Assembly: GCA_973895155.1 (NCBI GenBank)
Contig: OZ316897.1
Span: forward strand, 17,280,058 to 17,344,057
Direction: 5' to 3'
Length of the DNA: 64,000 nt
Origin: Marsupella aquatica
Taxonomy: Eukaryota > Plantae > Marchantiophyta
Below, piece after piece: positions 26,901 through 40,300 of the stretch; the first letter of the stretch is position 1; each line of letters begins with the position of its first letter. Position numbers and translations under genes: made by a program. The notes beneath the pieces are model-generated. The model was not told the origin of the DNA and searched no databases. It saw nothing but the letters and a program-made list of their open reading frames with translations.

Positions 26901-27229
26901 ATTGGTTGGTTGATCTCCACTCGTTTTCAGTGGGAACTGCATTGGTGGGATTACCAAAACTATTGATGATACTAAGGGACCACTGGGTCAAACATCCCAC
27001 AAAAAGGGTTTACATTGTGACTGGGTGGGGCAAGCGCAGTCGTGTCAGTGGTACTTCAGCCTTGAAGCAGGCAGTGCTTGCTGTACTTGACGCTACAAAG
27101 TCCCCATTTTCGCTTGATCATGCTAATGCGGGAGTTTTTGTCAGTTATGGATCTCCATTTTGTGACTGGATGGCTCAGCCTTTAATTATGAAGAAGTTGG
27201 GAGCTATAGCCTTAGAAGGTGTTGTGTAA
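23990..27229 (+). CDS. P-class PPR protein with C-terminal SMR domain (At1g18900/At1g74750-like), 1079 aa, single coding exon
   Basis: ATG immediately follows a CAG acceptor. About 9-10 35-aa PPR motifs (DVFAFTTMINILGRAR..., PNVATYNSLI..., PDNVTYSILI...). SMR motifs VDLHSFSVGTALV and IVTGWGKRSRVSG. The N-terminus MKICQKHLSNV resembles the MIRAKHISNL start of the Arabidopsis proteins. Confidence 0.93.
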   Translation: MKICQKHLSNVYSRSKKLLISARAGKVVPEITSSAARGFSDGGGNNPKDAPGLTKFEKNNLSPYLGAVSGLFDGPSLLKQFQLKRLCGGLADRKLKTSSQSDCPKSCFDSSSKDSGSVPFFKENVPGPAPTSSTSGTFSTKTDSTNKHEGDGFVEPPVSSNFPSYGSTSDVLPTSNGSALSTIPEEKTKAKKLRSDQQVKKLDSFKPSNFKVDDMGKLGSVPTHLPSIRSDQKALPNVVTPQSSIPSNKQSNGSNGRKPSQLASSNVSTKNGRNSEPEQRAGPSKRPGTELQEKPISTPGGGRPFSKLPDIDTQQKGRVSTPADSQSGTFASRLQKGSKNTNNVLQASVAKVFGASVGPPKPFQQMLTASQLHDAICDHSTPDCPSFRKRDMPGAVPQVPISAVAQSSDPVEDSDLSLQVGASGTGDLPPSHKEIVVANEKCSQLAFEVKTDMRRQEKSSANLWKYGSMAVCTENPGRDYTTGDSPPDALEVITKKKLEISGFHWSRSGSRKVVNHVSQILKSNQWGSGVIEQLDAIKGTVNTHCVNAILQQQKDPYLCLAFFKWAQSQKAYKHDVFAFTTMINILGRARNLRGVRHLLEDMHKAGIEPNVATYNSLILCYGKVESLNESIRVFRIMQEAGCKPDNVTYSILIHLCIKAGYFQEALKLYQGMLEAGVQPDTITYSIVIDSLGKSGKLREARKLFREMKERGCVPNEFTYNSIIHRHAKARKTQHALKHYTEMRAAGFKLNAVTCTIMMGVLSSLGKFDQAEGLFSEMQQSGIAADSAAFSLMINMWGNAGNLDKAVSWYGRMLGSLVTPSLSVFSSLVDAHLKANLYQSAQHFLTSMVMWGINPDLKLYTILLRHCILCERQEHADAVLGIMDRLGHPAHRFLYELLTSPNQDRQSIRARVISYFDSADQEEQDNKQGFANALIEFLHKLQCKTDPRVVWETCMEKGVFPSSTVRREEPNHWLVDLHSFSVGTALVGLPKLLMILRDHWVKHPTKRVYIVTGWGKRSRVSGTSALKQAVLAVLDATKSPFSLDHANAGVFVSYGSPFCDWMAQPLIMKKLGAIALEGVV

Positions 27230-28161
27230 AGTACAAACAACAGCTAGAATTCATTCTATAATTCTTTCATTCTTTTACTGAGGAAATAACAGTAGGCTTT
27301 ACCGATTCACCGGCATTAACCTACGTGCCTGTTTGGGGTCGAAGGGCAATTTCTTGAGATAACGTCCTACAGCGTGAAAAGTTTCGTCGGTCACATGAGT
27401 GAATTCCACAGGCAGGTGAAGCAACGCAGACTAGCTTCCTCGTCTATCCTTGTATTTGCATGGCTTGTGCCGCAGGCAATGTAGACGTGAACGTGCTGAA
27501 ACGTCATTTGCATCAGATCTTTATTCAGATATCATCCTCTTGAACTACTGCAACGTCTTTCTCAATATGATCGGACCCCTGATCGGACTGACTGCCACTT
27601 CTATTTGTCCTGCTATTGTGCTCCAGTCTCGCATTCCCTCAGAATGATGCATGAACATTTATTGCAACGAAACAAATATCAGAAAAAGGGCGTGGGGAGG
27701 GGGATCGACGTTGGCATCTGAGGATTGCCAGTCACTCAAAGCGCATGCAATCTGGTAGCTTTGGCAAGACAGTAGAGTGAAAATACATTTGCTGGATTTC
27801 CCAAGTTGTCACTGGGGGTGCCAATTTTAGGATCGGGGAGCAGCCCAGGCAAGACTGTGTGCTGCCAAGGCACTTCAGGATTTTGCACAGGGAATTTGTT
27901 ACACCTTATAGTGTGATCCCATCCTGCTCACATCTGCAGCTCTTAGCTGCCCCTCTCTTAATAACAAGCTTAGGAAATCGTGACTTCTACGTCTAATAAT
28001 ATTCTTGAACATGGGTTTGATAGGGTGATATATACCCTAAACCTTTTCTGCTTGCCCTTGCCCTTAGGCTTAGGGCAATAATATTCCACAAAGGTTTTGC
28101 TAAGACTTTATCGTAATTGCTTAAAGACACTCATCCCTTTTTCTCGTGTCCACATACAATG

Positions 28162-28243
28162 GGTCGCGTACTGTACTCAATGAAGACCATAAGAAAATCA
28201 TAGGTCGCGTACTGTACTCAATGAAGACCATAAGAAAATCATA
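28162..28243. repeat. Perfect 41-bp tandem duplication
   Basis: ggtcgcgtactgtactcaatgaagaccataagaaaatcata x2. Confidence 0.9.
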
Positions 28244-29459
28244 TGTTATCAATCTTGATGTTGCTATACCGTGAATGCAACTTTCAGTATTTTGTCTTAT
28301 TCAATATTCTCTAGTTATGTATTTTTATTTCAATGTGTCTTACCAAGGTGCATTCCTTGTATAGTTTAGATTTTGAATTTATTCTAGCACCCCTCTAATT
28401 TTTAAAATCTTTTCTATATTTAAGATCATCCACCCTTTAACAAAGTTCATGTATTTTCTAGTCCTTAATCTCATGAGTGAAGAAGAAATGATCTAAATAA
28501 AGTGAACTCCTTGTGTTTTAAAGTTCTAATCATGGTTTTGTGTACTAAATTTTTGGTTTTAATTAATTTGAGTGTCATTAACTAATGTAAGTATTTTTAC
28601 TGGTGTACATTATGTGCACAATCCTCAATACCATAGACAAATTTTTACTGTTCATTATTACTTTTCTTTAAATGTGTACTTTTACTCTGACTTGTACCTT
28701 ATGTGCACAACTTTTCAATATCATAGACTGTAAGTCTTCCTAGTCAATGTCTTGTTTATATTTGCCACAAAAAATTAGATCACCAACATATCACTAAAAA
28801 GCAAAACATGAAGCATGTTCCAAGATGCTATATGCTATATCAACTAGCCTTATCCAATAATTGCACAAAAATATTAAAGTGCCCCTAACAAAGGTACCCC
28901 ATCCACCAACTTCACCTATAGTTGCTATTTGTCATTTATTTAATGGAATTGGAATTTTATAACTTAGTTAATTTATTGGGAATTCAGGACAAAGAACATT
29001 CTCGTGGCTGGTAAATAAGCCTTAAGCCTTCCTACCCAGCTGCCCCTACTTCTGCTGCAGTCACGACACCTTGTCTGCCAAGTGTTTCTCAAGTGTGGGC
29101 AAATAGGTTAGGTGAACCTTTCTTTGGATGCGGTTTGTGTTTTAGTATACTAACTTGTAAGCTTGAGCTTTGTGTGTAAATAGATGGTGAGTACCATTGT
29201 GCCGGTTTCTAGTTCCACCCCCAACCACAACGTTACAATCTAAAGTCTTCACTCTAGACCGTAGGCTCTTATCTAAGTTTTGATTGCGGTTTCTTAGATA
29301 GATAGCTATGCTACCTACACAAACCCTTGAACCTATGGCCTCTGTCTTCACCCTTACTTAGGGCTTTCAATCCAAGGGGTGTCCCATATCATGCGCAAAG
29401 TTTTGGGGGAATAAACACCTTAAAACTTATGTCAATAAAGTTTTTTGACTATTTTGTCT

Positions 29460-29582
29460 ACCCCTAACTTAATGGAATATTTTTGGAATATTCTAAAATT
29501 TGGTTTCAAAAAACCCTATGATTCTTATAATTCTCAAAACTGGATTAAAACAACCCTAATGTTCTTCAACAAAAACTTAAAA
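29460..29582 (+). repeat. Dispersed AT-rich repeat (second copy at ~54857-54965)
   Basis: tggaatattctaaa.ttgg.tt.aaaa..cccta..attcttataa.tctcaaaa.tg.at.aaa..aaccta.tgttcttc..caaaaa is shared with 54.9 kb. Confidence 0.7.
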
Positions 29583-30035
29583 AGTTTTTCACTAAACCCA
29601 ATAAAAAATCACTATACTTAGTCGCACGTGATGGGTTGGAAGGAAAAAGTGTGGACCCCAGGCCTTCACCACTGAAGCAAACTACCATCCACCTACTCCC
29701 ACTTCAAGAATCACTTTCATTTGCTACTAGTATCTAGCATATACTCAAGTCATACAGGCTCTGGTGCCGTGGGCAACCTCAGGTTATTCACATCTTGAAC
29801 ACATTTATTAGACTATGTCAGTGAATGTTTTGGAATTTAAAAGAAGGCTTTTGGAAACTTCATTTTAGAGTTTTAGAAAATTTCCATCATGTTTTGGGAA
29901 AGTTAAAATCAATGTTTTGGAAATTTTACTTTTAACTTTTGACAAAAGAATATTCATAGTTAGTGAAATCTCTGATCTCTATATTAGGAAGTCTCAAACC
30001 TCCTTAAGAAAGTCCCTGGCAGATGTGATTTAAAA

Positions 30036-31615
30036 GTGGGGGCCTGGGTAGCGATGCCCCACCATTTTGGACCCGCAATCTGGACAGCATCCTTAGCTGA
30101 CTGTATGAAGTCAGGGAGCAGCCTATGTTTGAGACACCCTAATAGCTATGTTTCGGACGCAACAATTTTTTTTAATGTGAAGACAGTTTTTGGCAGGTGT
30201 TTGCCTCCCCTTGATAGCAGCTGTCCTGCAGTATGTTTCCACTCTTTCAAATAACCCCTCTTTTCCAAGGAGGGGAGAAGCTATTCTGGTTGGAGTAATT
30301 CTTCAAGTTGATAGGAAAGCTCTGACTAGCCATTTCCAATAATAAGTAATATCTATCATTCACTACCATAGTATTATCTGACTGACCCATTCAGTAAAGT
30401 GCTCTCCAACCTTGCAAAAAGCTGTTTTTTCTTGTTATGAAAGGAATACTGTACTTATTGACAAGTACAAACCCAGTAAAAAATGGGAGTAACATGGCCA
30501 GACCACATGCGGTCAAAGACCAGAAGTACCTTGAGACCAGACACATCTGGACACAGGGACAAGGGCAAAAGCAGGAACATGAGTGGAAAGTAGCAATACA
30601 TCACCCACTCAGAAACAACTAACAACTAGAACGCAAATCCAAGGGCTGACTCAACCCAAAGATCATAGCAAGAGAACCAGCCAAGTCAAGCCCTGAACAA
30701 CTGGGACCTGGGCAGAAATCCATGAGGATTAACCATCTACAGGAAAGAAACCAGCAACTAAAACTACACCAAATGGCATCACCAAAAAGGAACATGAAGC
30801 CAAATAAAAACACACAGACAGCCTCAAGGTGGGTTAAATGTTCACAGAGGACAGTTGTCGACAATGAAAATACCATTGCTAAATAATTCTCATGTCCCTC
30901 TCACGTCCAAAGTCCCTAAGTACACAGTAGTCCAATTAACTCCAGTTGACTCATGTCCAAATGCAAAAACAATTTGGCACCCAAATTTTGTTGTACCAGT
31001 CCACCTCCACATGGCACGTGGGCTTCCGGGTAGCAGCTAAGGATACAATCCAGACTGAATCCTTAGCTGACTGTATAAAGTCCTTAGGCAGCTTATGTTT
31101 GAGACACCCTACTTGGCTGTGTTTGGGGAGTCTCATATATTAAAAAACAGGCACCTCACAGGAGCACTGCAACAAGGTATAACCCGGCCAATTATGTTTT
31201 TTGATATGGAAAAATGAGTGACCTCACAACACACTGAATGCTATTGTGTTTCCTGTGAAATTGGGGCCTCTAGCTCTTACTGTCCCAGGTGTGACTGGTT
31301 GGGCTCACAATAGGTGTCCGACCATTCATGATTGTTATACCAAACCACAACACACCCAGGCGCAATCAAAACATAAAAATGGGCGTGTTTGAGACACTCT
31401 AGTGATTAATAATTTGTGAAAAAATGTTTTGGGCATATGTTTGCCTGCCCTAGACCAATATTTATCATTCACTACCAAATTATCATTCGACTGACCCATT
31501 CAGTAAAGTGGCCCCGCGGCCCTCGCAGAAACTTTCGAGACCGAGTTCCGTTGGACGGGTCCACTTCACGCGGCACGTGGGATTCCGGGCACCCACGGGC
31601 AGCCAAGGAAATCAG
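30036..31615. repeat. Patchwork of locally repeated blocks (decayed tandem/TE array)
   Basis: atccttagctgactgtat.aagtc...gcagc.tatgtttgagacaccta at ~30088 and ~31059; tatcattcactacca...gactgacccattcagtaaagtg at ~30355 and ~31463; gtccac.tc.ac..ggcacgtggg.ttccggg at ~30999 and ~31559. Confidence 0.65.
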
Positions 31616-33541
31616 TTGGTCCGTCAGCGTTCTTTCTTCGGCTCTTCGCCATCGGGCAGGAGGCCCAAAAAAGCCTCTCGCATTATTTTCTCGCCAGTTA
31701 GTTCTCGGTCAGGCACGCTCAACTTTATTTCTTCACTCGCGGGCAGGGCGTGGATGCTGCCAAGTGCCCAAGCATGCTCGGGCAGTCGGGCATCTTGTTC
31801 GTCTGCCCGAAGTCCTCGGTCCCACACGGTCAGCTTATTTTCTTTTTCACTCGCCGGCAGGAAGTGCGCGCCTGCCCAGACTCTCGCTGCTCGGGCATCA
31901 TCCTCGTTTTTCTTTCCGCTCGTCGCCGGAGGACTTGGGTGCCTGCCCGCTGCCCCAGAGACTCGGTCAATATTAGTACTATATATTATATTTCGACTTC
32001 TCGGTTACCGGTTCGCTCAAACAAATGATTTTTAGGTAGAGTAAAACTTTGGAAAACCTTCACTAAATATATTCAGAGTATTTTGAAGAAGACTGATTGA
32101 TTTATCAATGTATACATTTGAAAAATAGTAAAACAAGAAATCCAGACGACTGAGCCGGGAATTGGGCCGGGAATTGGGTGAGTGGAAGGAGCTTGGGTCG
32201 AATATACTAGATCAATTTCTCACCGTATCTATTCAAATGTAAGGAGTAAACGTCAGATTCTGGACAGGCTAAAATGGGGTCTCGCTAGATAAGAAATTCG
32301 CTAATCGAACACAAAAACGTGGCTAATTTTCGCCCCAAGTGGCGAGTGCTTTCAGTGACGTGGCAGTTGCCGCTTGACTGAGCCTGTCGCCGGGCAGGCA
32401 GGCGGGCAGACAAGGAGTTCTTTGACTTTCCGTTAACCAACCCCATGCCCGGAACGTGGCGGCTATATAGTATTGGTACTAGTATAGAATACTGATACTG
32501 TACCGTATTATATTTTACAGTTTACAGTGTACAGTAGTTTGGGCGGTAAACCTAACCGCTGCCTCCAGTTCCGTAACTGTAGAGTACAGTTACCCGTGAG
32601 AACCACCATCTGCTTCCCTCTTCTCTTCACGTCGAGAGTTCTTCGAGAGTTCTTCGAGAGTCTTGAGTCCGTGCACGCTTTTTTATAAAGCTGCTCGTCA
32701 CACTTTCGGCCTCGTCCTCAGCCATCACGACTCTCTGTCGTCAGCAGCTTCACTGTTTGGGCGAGTCTTCAAGCTTTGGAAAAGTTCCTGAGAGCTTTTC
32801 CCCAAAACGAGAAGCTGGTAGGCGCCAAGAAGGATCGTGGGTCGTCGCGTGGTGCTCTGGACTCGCCCTTGTACTTGTGCGAGGCGAATGACTCCTGGAG
32901 ACTTGTAATCGATTCCTCTCCAAACATTTCTCGTCACCCCTCTCTCTCTCGCTCTGCGTCTCCCGGAATTCCTTTGGTTTCTCGGTCTTTCTGTACATAT
33001 GTACTCGGCTTGAGACCTGAGCAGGCTAGACTGGCTTCACCAATTCATATCGTCGACCTCCCTCAGCAGAAGTAGTCGTCAGTTTATTTCGAATCGATTT
33101 GGACTCGATTGCGTCAAAGGAATGAAGCGGTGTGAATTTGTTGGTAGACGCTGAGTGTCGGGTCTTGGGCGGTTTTGTTTGTGCTTCGAATGCGTTTTCT
33201 GCTTCAATTTGGAAACGTTGGGAGTGTTGGATTAGCTGAGGACTCGGATCTTGGACGATTCTCGGTGTCTGTTTGATTGGACTTTCAAATTGGTTCGGTC
33301 GAGGCGAGAATTATGCTCTGAATCTGCAATTGACAGGGCAGAGGAGTTCCTCGGCCGCCTACAAAGATTTCTTCGTTCCGAGCGCTTGAGGATCTCGGAA
33401 TTTCATAACTCGAAGTCATAGCAGGAGGAGTCGCTCATCAAGGTTGATGGATTGACGTCGGATACAAATATCTTTCAAGCTTTGACGAACGATCAGGAGG
33501 CCGACCAGTACGTTTTCGGGAGCGCTTGTTGGCAGTGCAGA

Positions 33542-34384
33542 ATGGACGCGAAACGCGTTATCTTTGCTCTCTTTGTCGCCGGGACAGTTGTGTTGAGCAT
33601 GAGCCATCAGGTTTCGGCTAGGCGTCTCCTTAAAGGTACGCTGAGAAAAAATGGTTTCAGCACTCTGTCAAGTCTTCTTGCTAGGCTGCGTTGCCTAGCA
33701 GCCGGGGAGAATGGCAGAACTAATTACTGACATTGGGACTCATTAAATTGCAAAGCACTTTTTTCATTTTGCCGGAAGTTGCTTTGGTCGCATAACATCT
33801 TCGGAATCTCACGTTTCTCCGCTTGGTCATAACAGAAGGAACCGTTCAACTGCCCACAACCTTGGAAGATGCCAATGACGAACTGCGGGAACAAAATGGA
33901 CAGCTGGGCTCCTACAAATCAACTGAGTTTCATAACTTGGAAGAGGTAAGTAATCTACCGGCTTCTGTACCACGGGTGTCACTGTCAATAGGACGAAACA
34001 AAATGAGGATCTCACGGGGGCCAATGTTGAGTTCGAAAGTCATGTTTCTCTTTGCAAGTCTTGTTGCAAGCTCGACGCCATTTATGGTTGAGCCAATAGG
34101 TAAGAAGTCTTGAAAATCTATCAAGACTCAGAACAGAATTGGGGAAGTATTGGAGGCAATGTGAGGCCTGAAGGCGATCTTTCTTCGTGATGATGAATTT
34201 TCTTGATTCTTTTTCTCCTTTGCAGATCGACCGACTCAAATTGAGCATCAACAAGCTTATTTGCGGATCGATGGAGGAGGGTTGTGGTCATATGGATGAC
34301 GCTGAAGACCAATCAGACACCGCAGACCATTCGGCAGAGTCGTTTGCGAATCTCAACCCGCAGGATTACGTGCGGGAGTACTGA
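33542..34384 (+). CDS. Small secreted peptide precursor (120 aa), phytosulfokine-like architecture, C-terminal DYVREY
   Basis: Exons 33542-33635, 33836-33945, 34226-34384 with strong GT-AG sites and consistent phases (363 nt). Signal-peptide-like MDAKRVIFALFVAGTVVLSMSHQVSA followed by RRLL, an acidic prodomain, C-x6-C, and terminal PQDYVREY*. Confidence 0.75.
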
Positions 34385-37300
34385 GCGAGTCATGGTGCGG
34401 TGTGTACATAGACATATTTATGACGGAGCCATCACGAGCTATTTGGACAACTCCAGTCGACCTCCTGCACGAATCACTCCTGCCAGACAGTGATTGAACC
34501 TGTTATGTCATAGGAAGACATAACGGGACAGATGAGGTTGGCTGGCTGGATGGGCTTTCGTCTTAAGGCGTGGCGCAACGAATTCTTTCTATCTCGGCAA
34601 GGCGTTTCTTTCTATCCCACCACCTTGGGAAGAAACGCCAGTGTATATTACAACTTCGGTCTCGACGTGTGGTAGTCGATGGACGATTTTATCAAGAAGC
34701 GTATGATTTTTGTGCTCAGAGGGGATCCTGTCTTGATTTCCTCGCTGGCTGGCTTGAAACTCTTCACTTGCGCCCAGGGCTGCAGAACGCAATGGAATTT
34801 TCCATGGGCGCAACTTTGATTTTGTCACGATTCTAGCTGGGGACTGACACCCCAGGACTAGAAGTCTGTTCGTCACCAAGACGACTTTGTAAATTAGAAA
34901 CAGTAGCAAATTGCTAAGATCGGAGTCAAGCAATCATTCGCTTCACAGAAGCAATATTTTTCGAGAACGATGCAACGAAGATCTCCACTTCTCGAGGATG
35001 GGTTAGGCGGCCAGAATAAGTTGTAAGCAAACACGGATTACAACACTAGAGTAAACGACGGCAAATAACCGGAATTTCATGAACACTTCTGCGGGCCAGA
35101 AAACGACCTGTCAACGAGGTTCAACGCGAATAAGACTCGGTAAATTCAATACGGCCTAGAGAGGTTCAATCTTGAAGATAGTCAAGCTTGGGTTAGGAAC
35201 ACTAGATTAGATTGTAGGGCTTTCGAGGTTTTTATGGGCAATCCAGGAATCTGTCGTCTGAAAATACAGTCTGGATGGTCTGTGGAAAAATTCTTTGATC
35301 GAGATAATTCGGTCATTTGGGTACCGGAGCTCTGCTCTACGTCCCCTGTTTTAGTGCAGAATATATGGTTTATGGCCGTGTCTGTGCATCATCGAAGTAT
35401 TCTGGATAGTTCTGGTTCTCTCGGCAATTTTGTTGTAACTCTTGATCGTTGAGTTACTGCGCCTACAATTTCTCGGATCGCTCTCATGTAAATATGATCC
35501 TCGGCTGTACCAAAATTAAATTCTGATCTGCTCCCATGTAAATATGATGCTCTTTGGGACCTGAATGAAAATTTGCTCCATACGCTCCAGGGCCGTTCAT
35601 AAATATTTTCGTGATCAGTGGTATTGCATTTTCGGATTCTGGACAAGGTAGGATTTAATTTTCCAGTTTCGTCCAATGACTTAGGCAAATCATTCTCCTG
35701 ATATCAAATGTCGGGAACATTATTGTTCGACTGACTGACTCTCCGGGATCTCACGAATTGCTGGGCTGAAATTCATCTGTGGCGATTGGAACCAGGACTG
35801 TCTCGCTCACAATTCGGTGGTGTGACATTGTGACTTGTGAGTGAGCTTTGCCCATTTCTTGATTGAAATTTGAAAGAGACCGGAAATTGATCAGAACTTC
35901 CTTAAGCAAAAGATCGCACAAGTTTAAGATATGCTGAATTAAGACAAAAGGTAGTTCAAGGCCCACGCAAGACATCAAGTGTCACTGAAGCAGCAACATC
36001 TAAATTTTTCGAGAGGGATCTGCTACAACTGTCATAAGCCCTCGATGGGGAAGTCTGAAACGGACAGCAGTGAGTGAACGGCTCCATGGCATTGAATTCA
36101 GTTCGCGTGAGTCCGAAAGGAACGGTTGTGCGTGGAAGGTTGCATTTGCATTGAATTTTAGGCTCTCAGGGCGGTAGCGAGTCGCTCTCGGTACGTCGTT
36201 CCTTCAAAAGCACCGTCGGCTTTCAAGCTCCTCAAATCAATACAAACTCATCTCTCGGAAGTGGTTGCGCTACCGGGATCCGATAAGTTGTGCACCGCTC
36301 CAACATTGGACGACAGATTACAGTTAAGACTTACAGTGGATAAGACCATGAATGGGAAAATATCGACGCAAAGCACTTTCTGTTTTCGAGACCGTTTCTC
36401 GAAAACATTGTACTATTGTCGATCCTCAAGACAACCACTTGCAGGATTGTAGCGAAGACTCAGCGGAGCTGATCTCGTTGATCTAAATGGCGTCGGCGCC
36501 GCACGAACTCTGATCCGAGGTGGGCCTCGAATTCATCCATCCAACCTAACAAAATTCATCCCGGAAGCGCTTCCCAAGAGCCCAATAGAAACTTGTCAAG
36601 AGTCCACACAAAATTTGTCACTCAGAATGATCAGACTGCTACTAAGAAATTTATAGGCTGTTGATCAAGAGTGGTGACTGCTAATACGAAATTTACAGGC
36701 TGTTGATCAAGAGTGGTAGTTCATGGCGCGCTAATGCCACAGAAGGTACTGTGGCTCGCTCACCTATGGCAGACATTGCTGGTGAGTGGTGACGGCCTTG
36801 ATCACTACCGTAGGGGAGAGGGACTCATCGAGGCACTTTGAGGGGACCCGCTGCTCAGGAGATATGGCGAGGGTTTAGGGTTTAGGGAGCGCCGTCAATC
36901 TAGTTGAACGGGAAACGCCTGAGTGATATACTTTGTTTTTTTGAGAAGAAAGGCCTATCAACTGCCTTGGAACACTTTTCATTTTGGGGCTTTATCAAAG
37001 TACATCTCTTATCTCTTGGAAAAGTCAGGACCACAAAAAATATGGAGAACATGATCTTTCATTTTGGGGCTCCATTAAGCATATCTCTTATCTCTTTGGA
37101 AAAGTCAGGACCACCAACAACTTCGAGTACATGATTTTCCATTCCCAAAGTGAATGAATTATAAACTGTATAATAATATCTGCAACTTGATTAGTACCCT
37201 CATAGCATAGAAAAGGTTAATACCCAAAGTAAATTTTGAATATGAACTGTTGAGTAAATGACTTCGTAAGGACATTGAGGATATTGAGAGAGGTTAACAA

Positions 37301-40300
37301 TATGACATTCCATTTGGGTCCCAAAAATGTTCAGACCCCTATATATCACACGGCCTAAGAGGAAAAACCTTGTTCACCGATGCTATAGAATTACATATGA
37401 GTACATTGTCACTAAAGATGTGAGTAATTAAGACAGTGTCACAGTTTTAAATGTATTTGTAGAACTGCCATGGTTTTGTCTATGGTTATTACTGTTAACT
37501 CAACATCCACATGAGTGTCACATCTTGAATGTAAGGATTCTCTGTCTGGTCTATTTGGGGTTTAGATACCCATCATGGGGCAGTTTTTGAGACAATAAAA
37601 AGAAGAAACCAGGAATGCAAAAGAGCCAAATTAGGTACACATGACCTCCAAAGGTAGGAGACAATTAAAAGAAGAAACCAGGAATTTCAAAGAGCCAAAT
37701 TAGGTCCACATTACCAGCTCTAATTCTTTGATAAAAGTACATTTCATTCCCAGTTTACAAGGTCCCCTATTTATTAATATTTTTCCCCAAGTATGCTTTA
37801 CTGTGTTTTTAAATTTTTCATGAGCCTACCATCCAATCCTAGTATTTTCTGAAGTATTCTTTAATGGTTTCTTTTCCCTTTTGATGAGGCCCACCACCCA
37901 ATACTAAAGTTTTTCCAAGTAGGCTTTAATGGGTCTCCTATCTTTTTCATGTGGCCCACCACCCAATCCTGTGGGAGATGCTTGTCACATAGGCAAGGTG
38001 GCTCACACACATGACATGACATAGATTTTCCTAATCCATTGATCACACTCCAACGTCTTATGCTATGGAAATCTTAGCATATTGATATATCAATAAATCT
38101 TTGTACATATTATACTTTGAGATATTATATATTTTAAATTATTCTAAGTAAACACTAGCCTGATTACCGATTCCTTTGAACCTAAACAGAGATGAGGAGA
38201 TGAGACACAAATACTTGTAGAAGAAAGGATTCCCAGTTCTTTCCTGTTCATATTTGCCCCATTTACACACTCACTTTCAATTATGCCCTCACTTAGAGTG
38301 CACAGTCACTTTCACCTATGCCCTCACTTTCACTTATGGTCTAGAGGCCCAGCAAGTAGCTTTTGATAACAGTTTATTAGTTAAGATCAAGTTAATAATA
38401 CTATTATGATTCATTGAAGTCAAGTATGATGAGTGTGTTAACTATTTCTGTATTTTTAAGTGTCGTTTTCCTTAACAAAATCTCTGGTGTAAGATATTGT
38501 GAAAATAATCCCTACGAAACAAAAACTCAAGCATGTTCCTGAAGAGCATGCTGTATTTTGATATAAGAAATATTGTGTCCATGGAAATATGCTTCACCAA
38601 CCCATGCACACTACCTAACCAGGCATGGAAGAAAGTTCTCTCCCAAGTCCCTCTACTCAACAAGACAAGCCCCACCCGCCCAGTGACTCGACCATGGACC
38701 ATGGAAGGTGGGTGTCACCTGTATGTCACCAATTTACCACTCTAAGAATACTAATGCAAAAGCTACACTTTCTTTTCTCTTTCCATGCAATCACTGCCCA
38801 TTCAATAATTCCATTATTATCACTCACGAATAAACCTCGTGAAGCGTTTCAGATGCAAAAGCAGCGATTCTTGATTTTTCTTTCGCCGCCGCTCTCTTCT
38901 TTCACCCAACAGCAATGTCGGCTCTTCTTCTGGAGCAAATTACCATCATGATACGGCATCCTTTGCCTGAGCAGCAGGCTCATAATGAGTGTTGTTCAAT
39001 GACTGCTCTCTGCGTTGAATATACAAGAGAACCCAGATTTGATGAGAAACGCAAGAAAAACCATCAAGAAAAGTGATGTCTGAGATTGATGTGAAACGGA
39101 AGAGAGAACCGATACACCTCTCTCAGTCTGCGCTTTATATGGAACATGGCACAGTCTTTTACGGAATGGATCGATATCTAGATAATTGCTAGTTGCTGTT
39201 TGCCACGTCTGGGGGTCTGGGACTATGGTGAGAAAGAGACTAGAGCAGCAGGTGGCTACAGTAGTTTTCGCAGGTGTTTCTCCAGTGCCCATCCCAATCC
39301 GGCCACAAAATGTGTCTAGAATCAATTATTCGTTGCACTTCTGCTACGGAATATCACACGACACGGAACTGGAAGCTCATTTGCTCCACGTAAAGTATGG
39401 AGACGTGTCATGTGTCATTCGTGCCACGCCTCGTGTTTAAACTTTACTTGTGAAGCTTTTTTGGAAGACTTCGTGCACAATCGCTCGTCGTACCTTTTTT
39501 TTATAAAATTCGTGCATGATCCCTTATTTGTAGGGTGGGAACCAGCGTTTTTTGAATTTAAGCAATTTGGTTGATAGCTGCTATGGCTACAGCCTATTCA
39601 TTTCTATAATAAGAGCATCTTTACTAAAGGGGTAGGTGGAAAAGTTCTCTACCGTAATGATTAGGTTTTTATTCGAGAAGGAGCAGATGCTAGGAAATTT
39701 CTTTATCTGGTTTTTGCCAAATTATTTAATTCATATTGATTCCCCTAGATATGAAATTTAGGTTTTGGCTAATGGGGCCTGTGACTAGGTGGGAAACTGG
39801 CTATGTGGAACAAAGAAAACCTAAAAAAATTTGCCAAAAGTGAGGATTTTTTGGGGAGAGGTGCCACTAAAAATGAGGCTGGTCCCTACAGTCCATCTTT
39901 TTCATTTGCCAGTCATTTTTCCAGGCCCAGTAGCCCCAAACAGATGAAGGCCGACCACCCAAGTGGCAATAGGGGGGTCCGTCACACTTGGCATCACTGG
40001 TGGTCACCCTGGGAAACCCCAAAATGCTTTCCCATATTGATTGATTGTGTTCTAGCTACAATTATGGGGCAAGGCTATCACATTATGGAGTTGATAGGAA
40101 AACATGCAGAAAAAATATGAAGTTAATTCTCTCAAGGGGATTGAACCCCTTCATGTGTTCAAATAGAATACAGACTGGGAGGAGGCCTTGGATTCCCTCC
40201 TCCCATTTTCCCAAGTTGTTGAGTTGAAAGTGGAGACTTCATGCCCTTGAGGGTTCCCCAAGTAGTTGAGTCGCAAGTGGCAACTTCATGCCCTTGCTCC

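Noticed and set aside
31416-32035. Overlapping 186-aa and 175-aa ORFs
   Set aside because: GTG starts in a GC-rich repeat-associated patch, open in several frames, no recognisable motifs.
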